Under the pieces are notes generated by a model. It was not told the origin of the DNA. It saw nothing but the letters and a program-made list of their open reading frames with translations, and made no database searches. A program made the position numbers and the translations under genes. Shown in pieces: positions 8,894 to 18,014 of a stretch of 64,000 bases of DNA (position 1 is its first letter; every line of letters starts with the position of its first letter). The stretch lies in sequence record KT919973.1; one strand, 5' to 3'.

Positions 8894-9609
8894 AAGTTTA
8901 TTACTGTAGTGATATTCACAACGACTATCACGCAGAGAACGCGCTAGAATCGATTACAGGCGACAAAGACGCTGTATTGGTAGTAGCGGGTGACATTAAC
9001 AGCAAAGGGCGCACAGTGCGCGATTTAGAAGCTGTAGCCGACCGTTGGCGCGCTGTTATCGCAGTGCCGGGAAATCACGATTGGTGGGGTCTTGCGATTC
9101 ACGAGCGACATAAATTTGAAACTTCGGTTGACAATGTTCACGTCTTGCTTGAAAATACAGTTCAGATTGACGACGTGACATTCTGCGGAACTACGCTGTG
9201 GCACGAAGTCAATGACTGGTTTGAGGGTCAACGTTGGAAAGACAACATGAATGACCGTCGTAAGATTCGCGGTCCGCAATGGCGACCTTTGTACGGTGAA
9301 GATGTACATGCACTTCATTGTAAATCAGTCAAATTTATTGAGAAATGTCGCGAGATTGAAGGTAAGAAAGTGTTAATCACACATCACGCCCCTTCTCTGA
9401 AGAGCATTTCATCTTACTATGCGTATTCAAGTACGAATAGTTTTTATTGCACTGACCTTGACCATTTACTTGAAGGGTTCAGTTTTGCAATTCACGGTCA
9501 TGTTCATCAAGAATTTGACTATCACGTAAATGGCTGTAATGTACTGTGTAACCCACGTGCATACGGCTCAGAAAACCCAGAATATGGGCTTAGGATTTTC
9601 GACATATGA
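8881..9609 (+). CDS. Calcineurin-like metallophosphoesterase
   Basis: SDIH, AGDI, PGNHD, THH and GHVH motifs. Confidence 0.9.
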   Translation: MANLKVYYCSDIHNDYHAENALESITGDKDAVLVVAGDINSKGRTVRDLEAVADRWRAVIAVPGNHDWWGLAIHERHKFETSVDNVHVLLENTVQIDDVTFCGTTLWHEVNDWFEGQRWKDNMNDRRKIRGPQWRPLYGEDVHALHCKSVKFIEKCREIEGKKVLITHHAPSLKSISSYYAYSSTNSFYCTDLDHLLEGFSFAIHGHVHQEFDYHVNGCNVLCNPRAYGSENPEYGLRIFDI

Positions 9610-9794
9610 CTTTTATTTTTGTTTACTTATTGATTGGTGCACTTTTGACAGTTGCGATTCAAGATACATTACACGAAACGTACCGCCAAAACGGTGGTCA
9701 AGCGAGTAAAGGCGTGGTGAATTTATTATCAACAGTCATCACGCCAGTACTAATGATTGCTCTAATCGTGATGAAATTGTTCAAAATTAAATGA
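9606..9794 (+). CDS. Hypothetical membrane protein
   Basis: Two hydrophobic segments; ATGA overlap. Confidence 0.65.
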   Translation: MTFIFVYLLIGALLTVAIQDTLHETYRQNGGQASKGVVNLLSTVITPVLMIALIVMKLFKIK

Positions 9795-9834
9795 TTAAAT
9801 ACGTGCGTCAAATAAAACAATAAAAGGTAATACA

Positions 9835-10080
9835 ATGACGCACGATTTGAATATGCTTCTAGAGCAGTACAACCTAGCAAATTACGAATGCGATGGTGAT
9901 TTTGAAGACTATTACTGGTCGGTAGCCGAATGGATTGGTCAGACTGTATTCAGTCATGGGACAATTCGTAAACATGATATTTTAGAATTGCTATGTGATT
10001 TACTAGCAATAGATGAAGACAAAATCAACGTAGATGATGTTGATGACTTCCTTAACGAAGCGTATGAGGTAATTGAATAA
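9835..10080 (+). CDS. Hypothetical acidic protein
   Basis: 81-aa ORF, AAGG RBS. Confidence 0.65.
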   Translation: MTHDLNMLLEQYNLANYECDGDFEDYYWSVAEWIGQTVFSHGTIRKHDILELLCDLLAIDEDKINVDDVDDFLNEAYEVIE

Positions 10081-10139
10081 TGAAGAAATTTCATCGTAAG
10101 GAGTTGTTTCACTAAGTAATTTAACTTGGAGAAACAACG

Positions 10140-10649
10140 ATGACTGAAGTCAAAAAATACAAAGGCGTAAAAGAAAAAGATCTACCACTATACAACTCAC
10201 GCGAAATGGGACCTCATCATGTTTTCGAATTATGGGATGGTGAATGGGTACCAGAGTGGGCTAGAACATACGTTCGTTATCAGAGCTTCTGGAGCCCAGA
10301 ACGTGTTGGGTTTTACATGTCAACTAGCGCAAGACGTATGATTGACCTAATTCGGAATGGTGAATGTCTAGCACGTTACAAAGGTAACTACGTGTTTCGT
10401 TACACGCCAGTGCCACATACTGGTTGCTACAAGAACTGGATTCATGCTCGACGCGGTAACGGTTTGATGTCTGAAATGCATCATAACAAGTTCTGTGAAG
10501 ACGAGATTGAAGCCGAATACGGTAAAGTAGTTCGCAAAAAACGTGCTCATACAGTTCGCTGTCTTCTAGATTGGGATGGTCTATCGTCTTACAAATCTCC
10601 ACAGCGCGGGTGGAAACGCTCTAAAAAGCGCAAACAGTGGATGAAATAA
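10140..10649 (+). CDS. Hypothetical basic protein
   Basis: 169-aa ORF, GGAG RBS, C-terminal RGWKRSKKRKQW. Confidence 0.7.
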   Translation: MTEVKKYKGVKEKDLPLYNSREMGPHHVFELWDGEWVPEWARTYVRYQSFWSPERVGFYMSTSARRMIDLIRNGECLARYKGNYVFRYTPVPHTGCYKNWIHARRGNGLMSEMHHNKFCEDEIEAEYGKVVRKKRAHTVRCLLDWDGLSSYKSPQRGWKRSKKRKQWMK

Positions 10650-10651
10650 AC

Positions 10652-10687
10652 AAAAGGGTTGCAATTTGCAGCCCTTTTCATTATCAT
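10652..10687 (+). promoter_or_regulatory. Hairpin terminator/early promoter cassette
   Basis: AAAAGGGTTGCA-ATT-TGCAGCCCTTTT; -35 TTGCAA (10659), 17-nt spacer, -10 TATCAT (10682). Confidence 0.7.
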
Positions 10688-10713
10688 AGATGCTTCAAAT
10701 AAAGGAGCACAAT

Positions 10714-10911
10714 ATGATTCAAATTTTATTAGCAACACTAGGTGTTATTCTAGTATTCGTATCAGCAACGCCATTAGTATATGTAGTCAATAAGATTATT
10801 GAAGACGAATTCGATTCAATGATAGCTAGTGTAACTGCATTGTTAGTAGCTGTTGCTGTGTTTTGTTTTACTTTTATGTTCATTGCCTTCACGGGCGCTG
10901 AATATATGTAA
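10714..10911 (+). CDS. Hypothetical membrane protein
   Basis: ATG at 10714 after AAGGAG; two hydrophobic segments. Confidence 0.7.
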   Translation: MIQILLATLGVILVFVSATPLVYVVNKIIEDEFDSMIASVTALLVAVAVFCFTFMFIAFTGAEYM

Positions 10912-10924
10912 CGAGAAATATATT

Positions 10925-11518
10925 ATGACAGACAAGAAACAAAAACCTACTCTAATTTTCGACGTAGATGGTGTGCTTATTGATTGGGCAAGCCAGCTAC
11001 CGCTATTCTGCAAGCGATGTGGTATCGACCCCGTTCTTGCATTAAAACACTTCACTGCTAAAGAGCATGTTGACGTACGTGATTTATTCGGTGTCGAGCA
11101 GCGTTCAATAGCATTTGACTTACTTGAGAAGTATAATCTTGAGCACGGTAAGTACATGACTGCGTTCCCTGATGCGGTAGAGAACGTTCACAAAATCGCG
11201 AAAGAATACAATCTTGTTGCGCTGACTAAATTCGGTGATTCAACTGATCACTGGCTTGTGCGCAAGTTCAACTTAGAAACATTCTTCCCGGGTTGTTTCA
11301 GCGAATTGATTACTATTCGCGGTGATGAGAGCAAAGTCGGTTATGTCTCTCAGCTAGTATCAGATCACGACGTGATCGGTTTCATTGATGACCAGTTAGA
11401 AAATACTGAGCAAATCAAGAAGTGTTTTCACGACCTTAAAGTGGTACACCTCAATCGATATGACGAACGAGCAGACGTTCATCATATGTCAAAGCTATTA
11501 GATTTTATTCACGAATAA
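10925..11518 (+). CDS. HAD-superfamily phosphatase (T4 gp30.2-like)
   Basis: LIFDVDGVL motif I and FIDD motif III; located near gene 30. Confidence 0.75.
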   Translation: MTDKKQKPTLIFDVDGVLIDWASQLPLFCKRCGIDPVLALKHFTAKEHVDVRDLFGVEQRSIAFDLLEKYNLEHGKYMTAFPDAVENVHKIAKEYNLVALTKFGDSTDHWLVRKFNLETFFPGCFSELITIRGDESKVGYVSQLVSDHDVIGFIDDQLENTEQIKKCFHDLKVVHLNRYDERADVHHMSKLLDFIHE

Positions 11519-11581
11519 AGTTTAACACGTCTTACATTCATCATATAATAAAGCTCCTGTCGGGGCTTTTTTGGGTTAATT

Positions 11582-11881
11582 ATGATTAAACGAGCTTATA
11601 TTATTCATGCTGATAGCGCACTTGCAAAACGTGCTGTTGCGTTAGATAAGCGAGAGTCAAAAGGCAAGCCGTTCTTTTCGAATCGAGAAGAATGGGAAGC
11701 TGAATTGCAAACCGATTGGCAAGAATGGAACAAAGAAGCTTGTGATTATATTGTTCACATTTACGGTGATCATATCGCAGGTAAGCCATTCTTAGTAACA
11801 ATCAACAACGGCAACGTATATTTTGAGGAAAATGATGTTTGCTATACTAATGAAAAGCAACCAAGAAGTGGCGATTATTGA
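11582..11881 (+). CDS. Hypothetical protein
   Basis: 99-aa ORF. Confidence 0.65.
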   Translation: MIKRAYIIHADSALAKRAVALDKRESKGKPFFSNREEWEAELQTDWQEWNKEACDYIVHIYGDHIAGKPFLVTINNGNVYFEENDVCYTNEKQPRSGDY

Positions 11882-12035
11882 TCTCGGTGATGTTACAATG
11901 CCTGCATTGTACCTGAAAGAGCAAGATGCACTTAAAGTGTTGTACAAAAATGATTTACACGAACAGTGCTTTGTTGCACGTGTTCGTCCTGAAATTTATA
12001 TAGAGGGTCCAGATGATTCTACCAATCCTGAATAA
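11832..12035 (+). CDS. Hypothetical protein
   Basis: ATG at 11832 after GAGG; overlaps the ligase start. Confidence 0.55.
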   Translation: MMFAILMKSNQEVAIIDLGDVTMPALYLKEQDALKVLYKNDLHEQCFVARVRPEIYIEGPDDSTNPE

Positions 12036-13350
12036 ACTAGCAGCAACGACTAAACGCACTGAAAAAGAAGCAATCCTGAAGTCTGAAAAAGACAATGAAT
12101 TGCTAAAGCGTGTATTTGAGCTTGCATACACACCTACGTATCAGTTTAATATGAAGAAACTGCCTGAAGTGAATGCAGGTGAAGCATATGTGCATGAATA
12201 TACCGAACTAGAAGATGCACTAGAGCAAGTGTTTAGTGCGTTGGTTGTGAATCAAGTGCGCGGTCATTCTGCACAAGATTTTGTTGCTCGTATACTCGCT
12301 TCAGTTTCTGAAGACGACGCGGAAGTGATTCGTCGTGTTATCTTGAAAGATCTTCGAACTGGTTGTACGGGTGGTACTGCAAACAAAGTTTGGAAGAAAC
12401 TGATTCCAGAACAACCTCAAATGCTTGCAAGCCCGAAGAACGACAAACTAATCGACGCGATTCTAACTAAAATCGCATACGCTGAATTAAAAGCTGATGG
12501 TGCTCGTTGTTTCGCTCATGTTGACTTAGATGGTAACATTACTCTTACATCGCGTAACGGTAAACGCTATCAAGGTCTAGTCAAAGTTGAGAAAGGCTTG
12601 ACTGAAATGGGTGTAAACGGCTTTGTTATCGACGGTGAGCTTGTGTACGCGCCAAACGGTTTACATGAGGTTGAAGACCGTTCGACTGGTAATGGCATTG
12701 TCAACAAAGCAAGTAAAGGTACAATCACACCGAAAGAACAGGCTGACATTGTATTTCAAGTATGGGATATCATCCCTGAAGACGTTTATTTCGGTAACTC
12801 GAATGAATTGAACATGCCGTACAGTAAACGTAAACAGATTCTTGCAGATGTTGCTATTAAAGCACGTGGTATCATCGAACCGATTCCGTGGCAGACTGTT
12901 TCTACAAAAGAACAAGCATCTGAAATCTACAATCAGTACGTTGCTCAAGGTCTAGAAGGTATCATCTTGAAAGACCCAGATGCACTCTGGGAAAACAAGC
13001 GAAGCAAATCACTTGTGAAATACAAAGAAGTTCACGATGGTGATTTAGAGATCATTGAAGTAATCGAAGGCGACAAGAAGAACAAAGGCAAAATGGGTGC
13101 TCTTCTTCTTCGTTCAGCTTGCGGTATGTTGATTACTAAAGTCGGTAGTGGCTTCAGTGATAAACAGCGTGCTGAAATTTGGGAACGTCGTGATGAAGTA
13201 ATCGGTATGATTGTTGAAATCAACTACAACGCAATCACACGCGCACGTAATAAAGAAACATGGTCTTGTTTCTTGCCTATTTTCGTGCAATTCCGTGATG
13301 ACAAAGATGTTGCGAATGCGCTTGAAGAAATGAGCGGGTTCAAAGGTTAA
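12013..13350 (+). CDS. 30: ATP-dependent DNA ligase
   Basis: ELKADGAR (KxDG), VIDGEL, FQVWD, EGIILK and KRS...KYK motifs; C-terminal FLPIF..FRDDK. Confidence 0.96.
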   Translation: MILPILNKLAATTKRTEKEAILKSEKDNELLKRVFELAYTPTYQFNMKKLPEVNAGEAYVHEYTELEDALEQVFSALVVNQVRGHSAQDFVARILASVSEDDAEVIRRVILKDLRTGCTGGTANKVWKKLIPEQPQMLASPKNDKLIDAILTKIAYAELKADGARCFAHVDLDGNITLTSRNGKRYQGLVKVEKGLTEMGVNGFVIDGELVYAPNGLHEVEDRSTGNGIVNKASKGTITPKEQADIVFQVWDIIPEDVYFGNSNELNMPYSKRKQILADVAIKARGIIEPIPWQTVSTKEQASEIYNQYVAQGLEGIILKDPDALWENKRSKSLVKYKEVHDGDLEIIEVIEGDKKNKGKMGALLLRSACGMLITKVGSGFSDKQRAEIWERRDEVIGMIVEINYNAITRARNKETWSCFLPIFVQFRDDKDVANALEEMSGFKG

Positions 13351-13351
13351 T

Positions 13352-13374
13352 AAAGGGGGCTTATGCCCCTTTTT
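13352..13374 (+). terminator. Rho-independent terminator
   Basis: GGGGC-TTAT-GCCCC followed by TTTTT. Confidence 0.8.
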
Positions 13375-13385
13375 GCGTTTGTGCG

Positions 13386-13393
13386 TATAAATA
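13386..13393 (+). promoter_or_regulatory. T4-type late promoter
   Basis: Exact TATAAATA, 23 nt before the ATG at 13417. Confidence 0.8.
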
Positions 13394-13416
13394 CTTTCAT
13401 TTAGAGAGACAATAAA

Positions 13417-14304
13417 ATGATTATATTCGAGGGATATGACGCGCTATTTGAAGCGTTTGATAGAGCAGCGAATTATGACTGGCTGACCGACGACGAAGCG
13501 TTTTTTGAAATCGGCGGGACTATGTATAAAGCAATCATAACTAGCAAAGATGAAGCACGCGGACGCATAATTGACGTTTCATTTATGTGGAAAAGACCAG
13601 ATGGTCAGTATTCATATGAATTAAAGAAATCGAGCAACGCGAAAGATTCATTGATGGTAATGAGTACGGTGCTTGCAGCTACGTTTGACAAGGCTAAACG
13701 AGAAAACCCAGATTACATTACATTCAGCGCATTTGCAGACCATGACGACAGAGATGCAAAGAAACGCTATAATCTTTATAAGCGCATGGCTGAACGATAC
13801 GCAAAGCAGATGGACTATACTTTACAAACGCACGGGCGTATGTTTGTATTAAAAAACAACAACCCATCTAATGAAATTAGACGACTACCAAATGATGGTA
13901 TTAAAGTCGAAGATGAGATCACATATGTTGATTTCCCTAGAGTGAACGCATTCACATGGGCGACGCTATTTGAGTGTGAACGACCTGGTGATTTTGAATT
14001 GATTCGTATGACAAATGGGTTCGCTACAATCAAACGAGTTAATGATAAAACAGTTCAAATTAAAGCATCAATCAATGGTAATAAATTTGATAATTTAGAC
14101 ACGGTTGAAATATGGGAAAGTCTGCTAGGTACTATTATTGCTAAACCTGCATGGGGTGGTGATGGAGAAGCTGAATTACTAGAGAAGGGCGCGATTCTAG
14201 AAGATGGTAAAATGCTGATTCTTGACTACAACACACTTTACATGGTTGAAAAGGTAAGCGACTTTGAAGAAGTTTGGGGTCATAGTCTTATTAGAGTTGA
14301 ATAA
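13417..14304 (+). CDS. Putative virion internal protein, EAFD-domain paralog family
   Basis: MIIFEGYDALFE/AFDR leader; N-terminal about 140 aa align by eye with 40953, 48886, 49344 and 50266; late promoter upstream. Confidence 0.6.
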   Translation: MIIFEGYDALFEAFDRAANYDWLTDDEAFFEIGGTMYKAIITSKDEARGRIIDVSFMWKRPDGQYSYELKKSSNAKDSLMVMSTVLAATFDKAKRENPDYITFSAFADHDDRDAKKRYNLYKRMAERYAKQMDYTLQTHGRMFVLKNNNPSNEIRRLPNDGIKVEDEITYVDFPRVNAFTWATLFECERPGDFELIRMTNGFATIKRVNDKTVQIKASINGNKFDNLDTVEIWESLLGTIIAKPAWGGDGEAELLEKGAILEDGKMLILDYNTLYMVEKVSDFEEVWGHSLIRVE

Positions 14305-14330
14305 AAAAGGGAGCAAATTGCTCCCTTTTT
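14303..14330. terminator. Bidirectional terminator between convergent genes
   Basis: AAAAAAGGGAGCAA-AT-TGCTCCCTTTTT. Confidence 0.85.
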
Positions 14331-14333
14331 CGA

Positions 14334-15962
14334 TCATGGTGTTAGAGGACTACGCTCTTTTGTTAGTCTATCTGCATCGATATCTACATCAACAGAACGC
14401 ATGAAATTGGCTACTTCTGAAAGCTCGTGTAAACGCTCTTGCTTTTTGAAAGCAGACAATACACCTTGCTTCGTATCTTCTTTGATTTTCAATCGAATTA
14501 CAGCGTCGTATTCAGACATTTGAACAACGTCAGCTTCAAACATCGTATTACGGTTGATGATAATCTCTTTTGAGTATTTCATACCGTGTTTACCTGAAGC
14601 TAAAACAGGCAAGCCGCTCGCTTCTATGATGAATACAACATTCATTTTCTTATCTGACTCAAGCAGAGAACGCATATCTGATTTACTATTCTTAGCAGTT
14701 GAATCAATGATGTTCTTAGAGCTTGATTCAACGAACTTACAAGCAACAAGAGGGTCGATTGACGTTGAGATAAACGCAGTCGAAACAAACGAGCCAGATT
14801 CAAGAATAGAGCGCACATGTTTACTTGACATTTCACAGCCACGATATAACGTCATTCCACCAGCAATCATACCAGCTTCAGAAAACGCTTGGTCGATGCG
14901 TGAGACAATCTGTGATTCTTTATCAACACCCGTTCCGTGTAATAACTCTTCATTCACCTTCCATGAAAAACGAGTCGCGGAGTATCTAGCAATAGCAGCT
15001 TGTGTAAGTGACGATAGACCCGCAAATGAATCTTCCTGCATAAGTTGCAAAGAAAGACGTTCATACTGACTTGCATGAGCACGTGAGCGAGATTCCATGA
15101 TACTATTCAGAACGCTTTGAGGCTTCTTCGATTCGGCGATATATGAATTCAATGAAACTGCCACAGTTTCAAGATTCAAACTCATATCAATTAAACCTTT
15201 CGCAGCATTAGCAAGAACATGTTCATTGCTTTCATTCAATTGAGAACGAACAGACGAACTTACACGCGCTTCATATTGAGGCATTTGAAGAACATCATTT
15301 GGAACACGTGCAGCGGGGTTTTCTTCTACCCATTTACCTAGTACGTCATCTTCATAGTCGTCATACGCAGCATCGGCAGTTACGATAATCGTTTTCTTGC
15401 TTGAAATATCAGTTTCGAGTGACATTTTTAACGCAATATCGTTAATTGTTTCTTCAGATGCTTCGAATAGCTTATCGGCATTATACCCTGGTTTGGTTAC
15501 AATAAAGAAGCTGTAATCTTGCGAAATTTCTTCACCACCCACGCCAATGATCTTAGTTGTATCACAGCCGTAACGTAGCTTTTTAAACAACGTTTTAACG
15601 CGCAAGTCGAACATCTTACCCGTACCTAGTTTCTGCACACGCATTGAAACGACATTCGCACGACGTTTGATCATGAAATCTTGAACCACTTTAACAATAG
15701 TTTGTTGAAGCTTTTGTTCATCTCCCATTTCACGAATAGTAACACCGCCTTTTTTGCCGCGCATTGCTGATACAGTACAGAACCACGCACGTTTACCGCG
15801 ATTTCCGATATCTGATTTTGTTTTAGTTGTGAACGAAACAACGATGTCTCTGGCTTCGCCTTTCATGTCGATCACAAAGAATTTGTTTTCTTTGGTCGAG
15901 CGAGCCGGATAATAGTCGTACGTTGCGCTCATGTTTTCATTTAATTGTTGAAATCCAATCAT
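14334..15962 (-). CDS. alt: Alt-like NAD:protein ADP-ribosyltransferase (R-S-E/VIP2 class, C-terminal catalytic domain)
   Basis: TLYRG, FISTS and SKEIII motifs; MIGFQQLNE leader; late-promoter-like element upstream. Confidence 0.75.
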   Translation of the reverse strand: MIGFQQLNENMSATYDYYPARSTKENKFFVIDMKGEARDIVVSFTTKTKSDIGNRGKRAWFCTVSAMRGKKGGVTIREMGDEQKLQQTIVKVVQDFMIKRRANVVSMRVQKLGTGKMFDLRVKTLFKKLRYGCDTTKIIGVGGEEISQDYSFFIVTKPGYNADKLFEASEETINDIALKMSLETDISSKKTIIVTADAAYDDYEDDVLGKWVEENPAARVPNDVLQMPQYEARVSSSVRSQLNESNEHVLANAAKGLIDMSLNLETVAVSLNSYIAESKKPQSVLNSIMESRSRAHASQYERLSLQLMQEDSFAGLSSLTQAAIARYSATRFSWKVNEELLHGTGVDKESQIVSRIDQAFSEAGMIAGGMTLYRGCEMSSKHVRSILESGSFVSTAFISTSIDPLVACKFVESSSKNIIDSTAKNSKSDMRSLLESDKKMNVVFIIEASGLPVLASGKHGMKYSKEIIINRNTMFEADVVQMSEYDAVIRLKIKEDTKQGVLSAFKKQERLHELSEVANFMRSVDVDIDADRLTKERSPLTP

Positions 15963-15994
15963 TTTTATAGACTCACCCTTTAGAAATATATGTG

Positions 15995-16002
15995 TATTTA
16001 TG
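15995..16002 (-). promoter_or_regulatory. Late-promoter-like element for the Alt-like gene
   Basis: CATAAATA on the minus strand, 32 nt before the ATG. Confidence 0.6.
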
Positions 16003-16053
16003 ATTGCTCATAACACCCGTTGAAATTATTTTAAACTTTTTGTCAGAAAAAGG

Positions 16054-16121
16054 TTGCTTTGTTTTCGTTTTAACCATATTATAGCTTCATCGAAACGAAT
16101 TAACGAACAGAGAGAATAATT
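16054..16121 (+). promoter_or_regulatory. Early promoter with conserved leader
   Basis: TTGCTT-17 nt-TATTAT, then AGCTTCATCGAAACGA...AGAGAGAATAATTATG. Confidence 0.75.
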
Positions 16122-16628
16122 ATGAATGTACAATCACTGACTAACGAACAACTTGCAGCACGTTACAACATGACAGTAGACTCAAACGGCTTTCAAGCTG
16201 TTGATGATAAAGGTCGTCGTCATTATCTAACAGACTTGCGTCAGAAAGCGATGAAAGAAGCTAAGACGAAACGTACTTCAAAAGTTAAAGCAGCGGCAAG
16301 CAAAATCGCTTTACCAACCGCAGAAGAGAACTTAGCGCGTCTGAACGGTGATTTTACTGAACATCAATGGTTTATTCGTGAATCTCAGCCGGGTCTTGAT
16401 ATTGAAGAATTAGGTCTGCGATTCTACTTTATTGGTGGTCACGAACGTCATCAATTGAACATTCGTACAAAGCACTTCAGTAACAAAGAGTTGAATAACT
16501 TTTACGCTGACAAAAAGATTCTGAAAGCTCACAAAGGTACAGGTTCAATCACAATCGGTTCTCTGAGTTATGATGAAGTAGTCGAAATTGCTAACGATAT
16601 CATCGAAAAGAGCAAAAACGAGATCTAA
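16122..16628 (+). CDS. Hypothetical early protein
   Basis: 168-aa ORF after the early promoter. Confidence 0.75.
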   Translation: MNVQSLTNEQLAARYNMTVDSNGFQAVDDKGRRHYLTDLRQKAMKEAKTKRTSKVKAAASKIALPTAEENLARLNGDFTEHQWFIRESQPGLDIEELGLRFYFIGGHERHQLNIRTKHFSNKELNNFYADKKILKAHKGTGSITIGSLSYDEVVEIANDIIEKSKNEI

Positions 16629-16649
16629 ATCACGAAAAAAGTAGTTTTA

Positions 16650-16682
16650 GGGATTGACAATAACACGTCAATCCCCGATAAT
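16650..16682 (+). promoter_or_regulatory. Hairpin/early promoter cassette
   Basis: GGGATTGAC-AATAACAC-GTCAATCCC; -35 TTGACA (16654), 17-nt spacer, GATAAT (16677). Confidence 0.65.
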
Positions 16683-16726
16683 AAACACATCAAGACGAGA
16701 TACGAACTACTTAAAGAGAGAACATT

Positions 16727-17554
16727 ATGACAATCACTAAAGCAGAAATGAAAGCTATCGCAATCGACCTTATGTCTGGTAACAACTTGATGAAGCGCGA
16801 TCTGATTGCAGAAGGTTGGTCATTCGAATTTTCAAAACGTAAAGCTGCACTAGGTGATTGTAACTACCGTACTAAAACACTACGTCTTTCTGAAAAATTC
16901 TTGAACGCTCGTACTAAAGAAGAGCAAATCAACACAATCACTCACGAAATGGCTCATGCGATTGCTTACACTGATTACAACGAACGTGGTCACGGTGCTA
17001 TCTGGAAGCGTGTACACCGTCAACTAGGTGGCGATGCAAAGCGTTGCTCAACTGTATCTAACCCTGATGCTGTAGATAGCAAGTACGTTGTTTTCTTCGA
17101 AAACGCTCAAGGTGAACTTGAAGTAGTTCAGAAAATGGATCGTTTGACTAAGCGTTTTCAACCAGTACACATCAAGGCTCTATACTTGAAAGGTCGTAAA
17201 GCTGAAACTGAAGGTCAACTTCGTTGCGTTGCAACATCAACATTCAACGCTATCAAAGCAGATCACGAAGCTAAGAAAGCTGAAAATACTAAAGCAGTTG
17301 AACCTGTAGCAGCACCTGCACCGAAAGCTGAAAAGAAAGCTGAAGCGCCTAAGCCTGCTAAGAAAGTAAACGCACGTGGTCAAGCTGCTCGTGACGCAAT
17401 CGCAGAAATCGTAATGAATACTACTCACAAAGGTTGTAAGTCAGTGTCATTTGAACAGCGTGGTAAATACAAAGATTGGTACATCATTATTGAACTAGAA
17501 GCTCACACAATCGAAAAGCGTCTAGACACTTTCAAAAAATCTCACGGTTTATAA
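16727..17554 (+). CDS. SprT-like zinc metalloprotease
   Basis: KRKAALGDC, TITHEMAH (HExxH) and GHGAIWK motifs; Ala/Lys/Pro-rich linker before a C-terminal domain. Confidence 0.85.
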   Translation: MTITKAEMKAIAIDLMSGNNLMKRDLIAEGWSFEFSKRKAALGDCNYRTKTLRLSEKFLNARTKEEQINTITHEMAHAIAYTDYNERGHGAIWKRVHRQLGGDAKRCSTVSNPDAVDSKYVVFFENAQGELEVVQKMDRLTKRFQPVHIKALYLKGRKAETEGQLRCVATSTFNAIKADHEAKKAENTKAVEPVAAPAPKAEKKAEAPKPAKKVNARGQAARDAIAEIVMNTTHKGCKSVSFEQRGKYKDWYIIIELEAHTIEKRLDTFKKSHGL

Positions 17555-17572
17555 CATTGTTGTTCTCTTTAT

Positions 17573-17595
17573 AGCCCCGAAAGGGGCTTTTTTTT
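17573..17595 (+). terminator. Rho-independent terminator
   Basis: AGCCCC-GAAA-GGGGCT followed by a T tract. Confidence 0.85.
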
Positions 17596-17623
17596 GGTTT
17601 GAGCGGAAAAATTCCGTCTCATC

Positions 17624-17677
17624 TTAGTAGTATTAGTGCTTTTAGTAATATTAGAAGTATTAGTAAGATTTGTTTAA
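17624..17677. repeat. Tandem 9-bp-period array (TTAGTANTA consensus)
   Basis: TTAG at 17624, 17633, 17642, 17651 and 17660; degenerate TTTG at 17669. Confidence 0.8.
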
Positions 17678-17719
17678 TAACCACCTTGGCAGACGTATAA
17701 TATAGGTCGAGGTGAAGAA

Positions 17720-17959
17720 ATGATAACGATATACACAATTCCCAACTGTGACGGCTGTCGTCACGCAATTTCCCTCTGTAAGTTCAAAAACGTCCCGTAC
17801 ACTGTAATAGAGTTACAGTCTCAATCTGATATCGATAAATTGCATGAGAAACTTGGTGGGGTGCGCAACATTCGCGTGCCTCTTGCTATGCATGGTGATA
17901 CATACATAGGTCATCTTCCAGAACTCAAGCAATGGGTTGATAACCAGACATATAAATAA
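17720..17959 (+). CDS. Glutaredoxin (NrdC/NrdH-like)
   Basis: ITIYTIPNCDGC (CxxC), VP motif and YIG. Confidence 0.85.
   Translation: MITIYTIPNCDGCRHAISLCKFKNVPYTVIELQSQSDIDKLHEKLGGVRNIRVPLAMHGDTYIGHLPELKQWVDNQTYK
17951..17958 (+). promoter_or_regulatory. T4-type late promoter
   Basis: Exact TATAAATA upstream of the gp24-like gene. Confidence 0.8.
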
Positions 17960-18014
17960 AAGAAAATAACATTCTCTCCGCTGAAATGCGGCAATAAATT
18001 AAAGGAATCATACA

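Noticed and set aside
14554-15069. 171-aa plus-strand ORF inside the Alt-like gene, and similar nested or antisense ORFs in the track (e.g. 5724, 28082, 35487, 53596, 58805)
   Set aside because: They are fully nested in well-supported genes and have no recognisable motifs or translation signals.
17624-17677. CRISPR mini-array
   Set aside because: Units are 9 bp and abut each other with no spacers; no cas genes are present.
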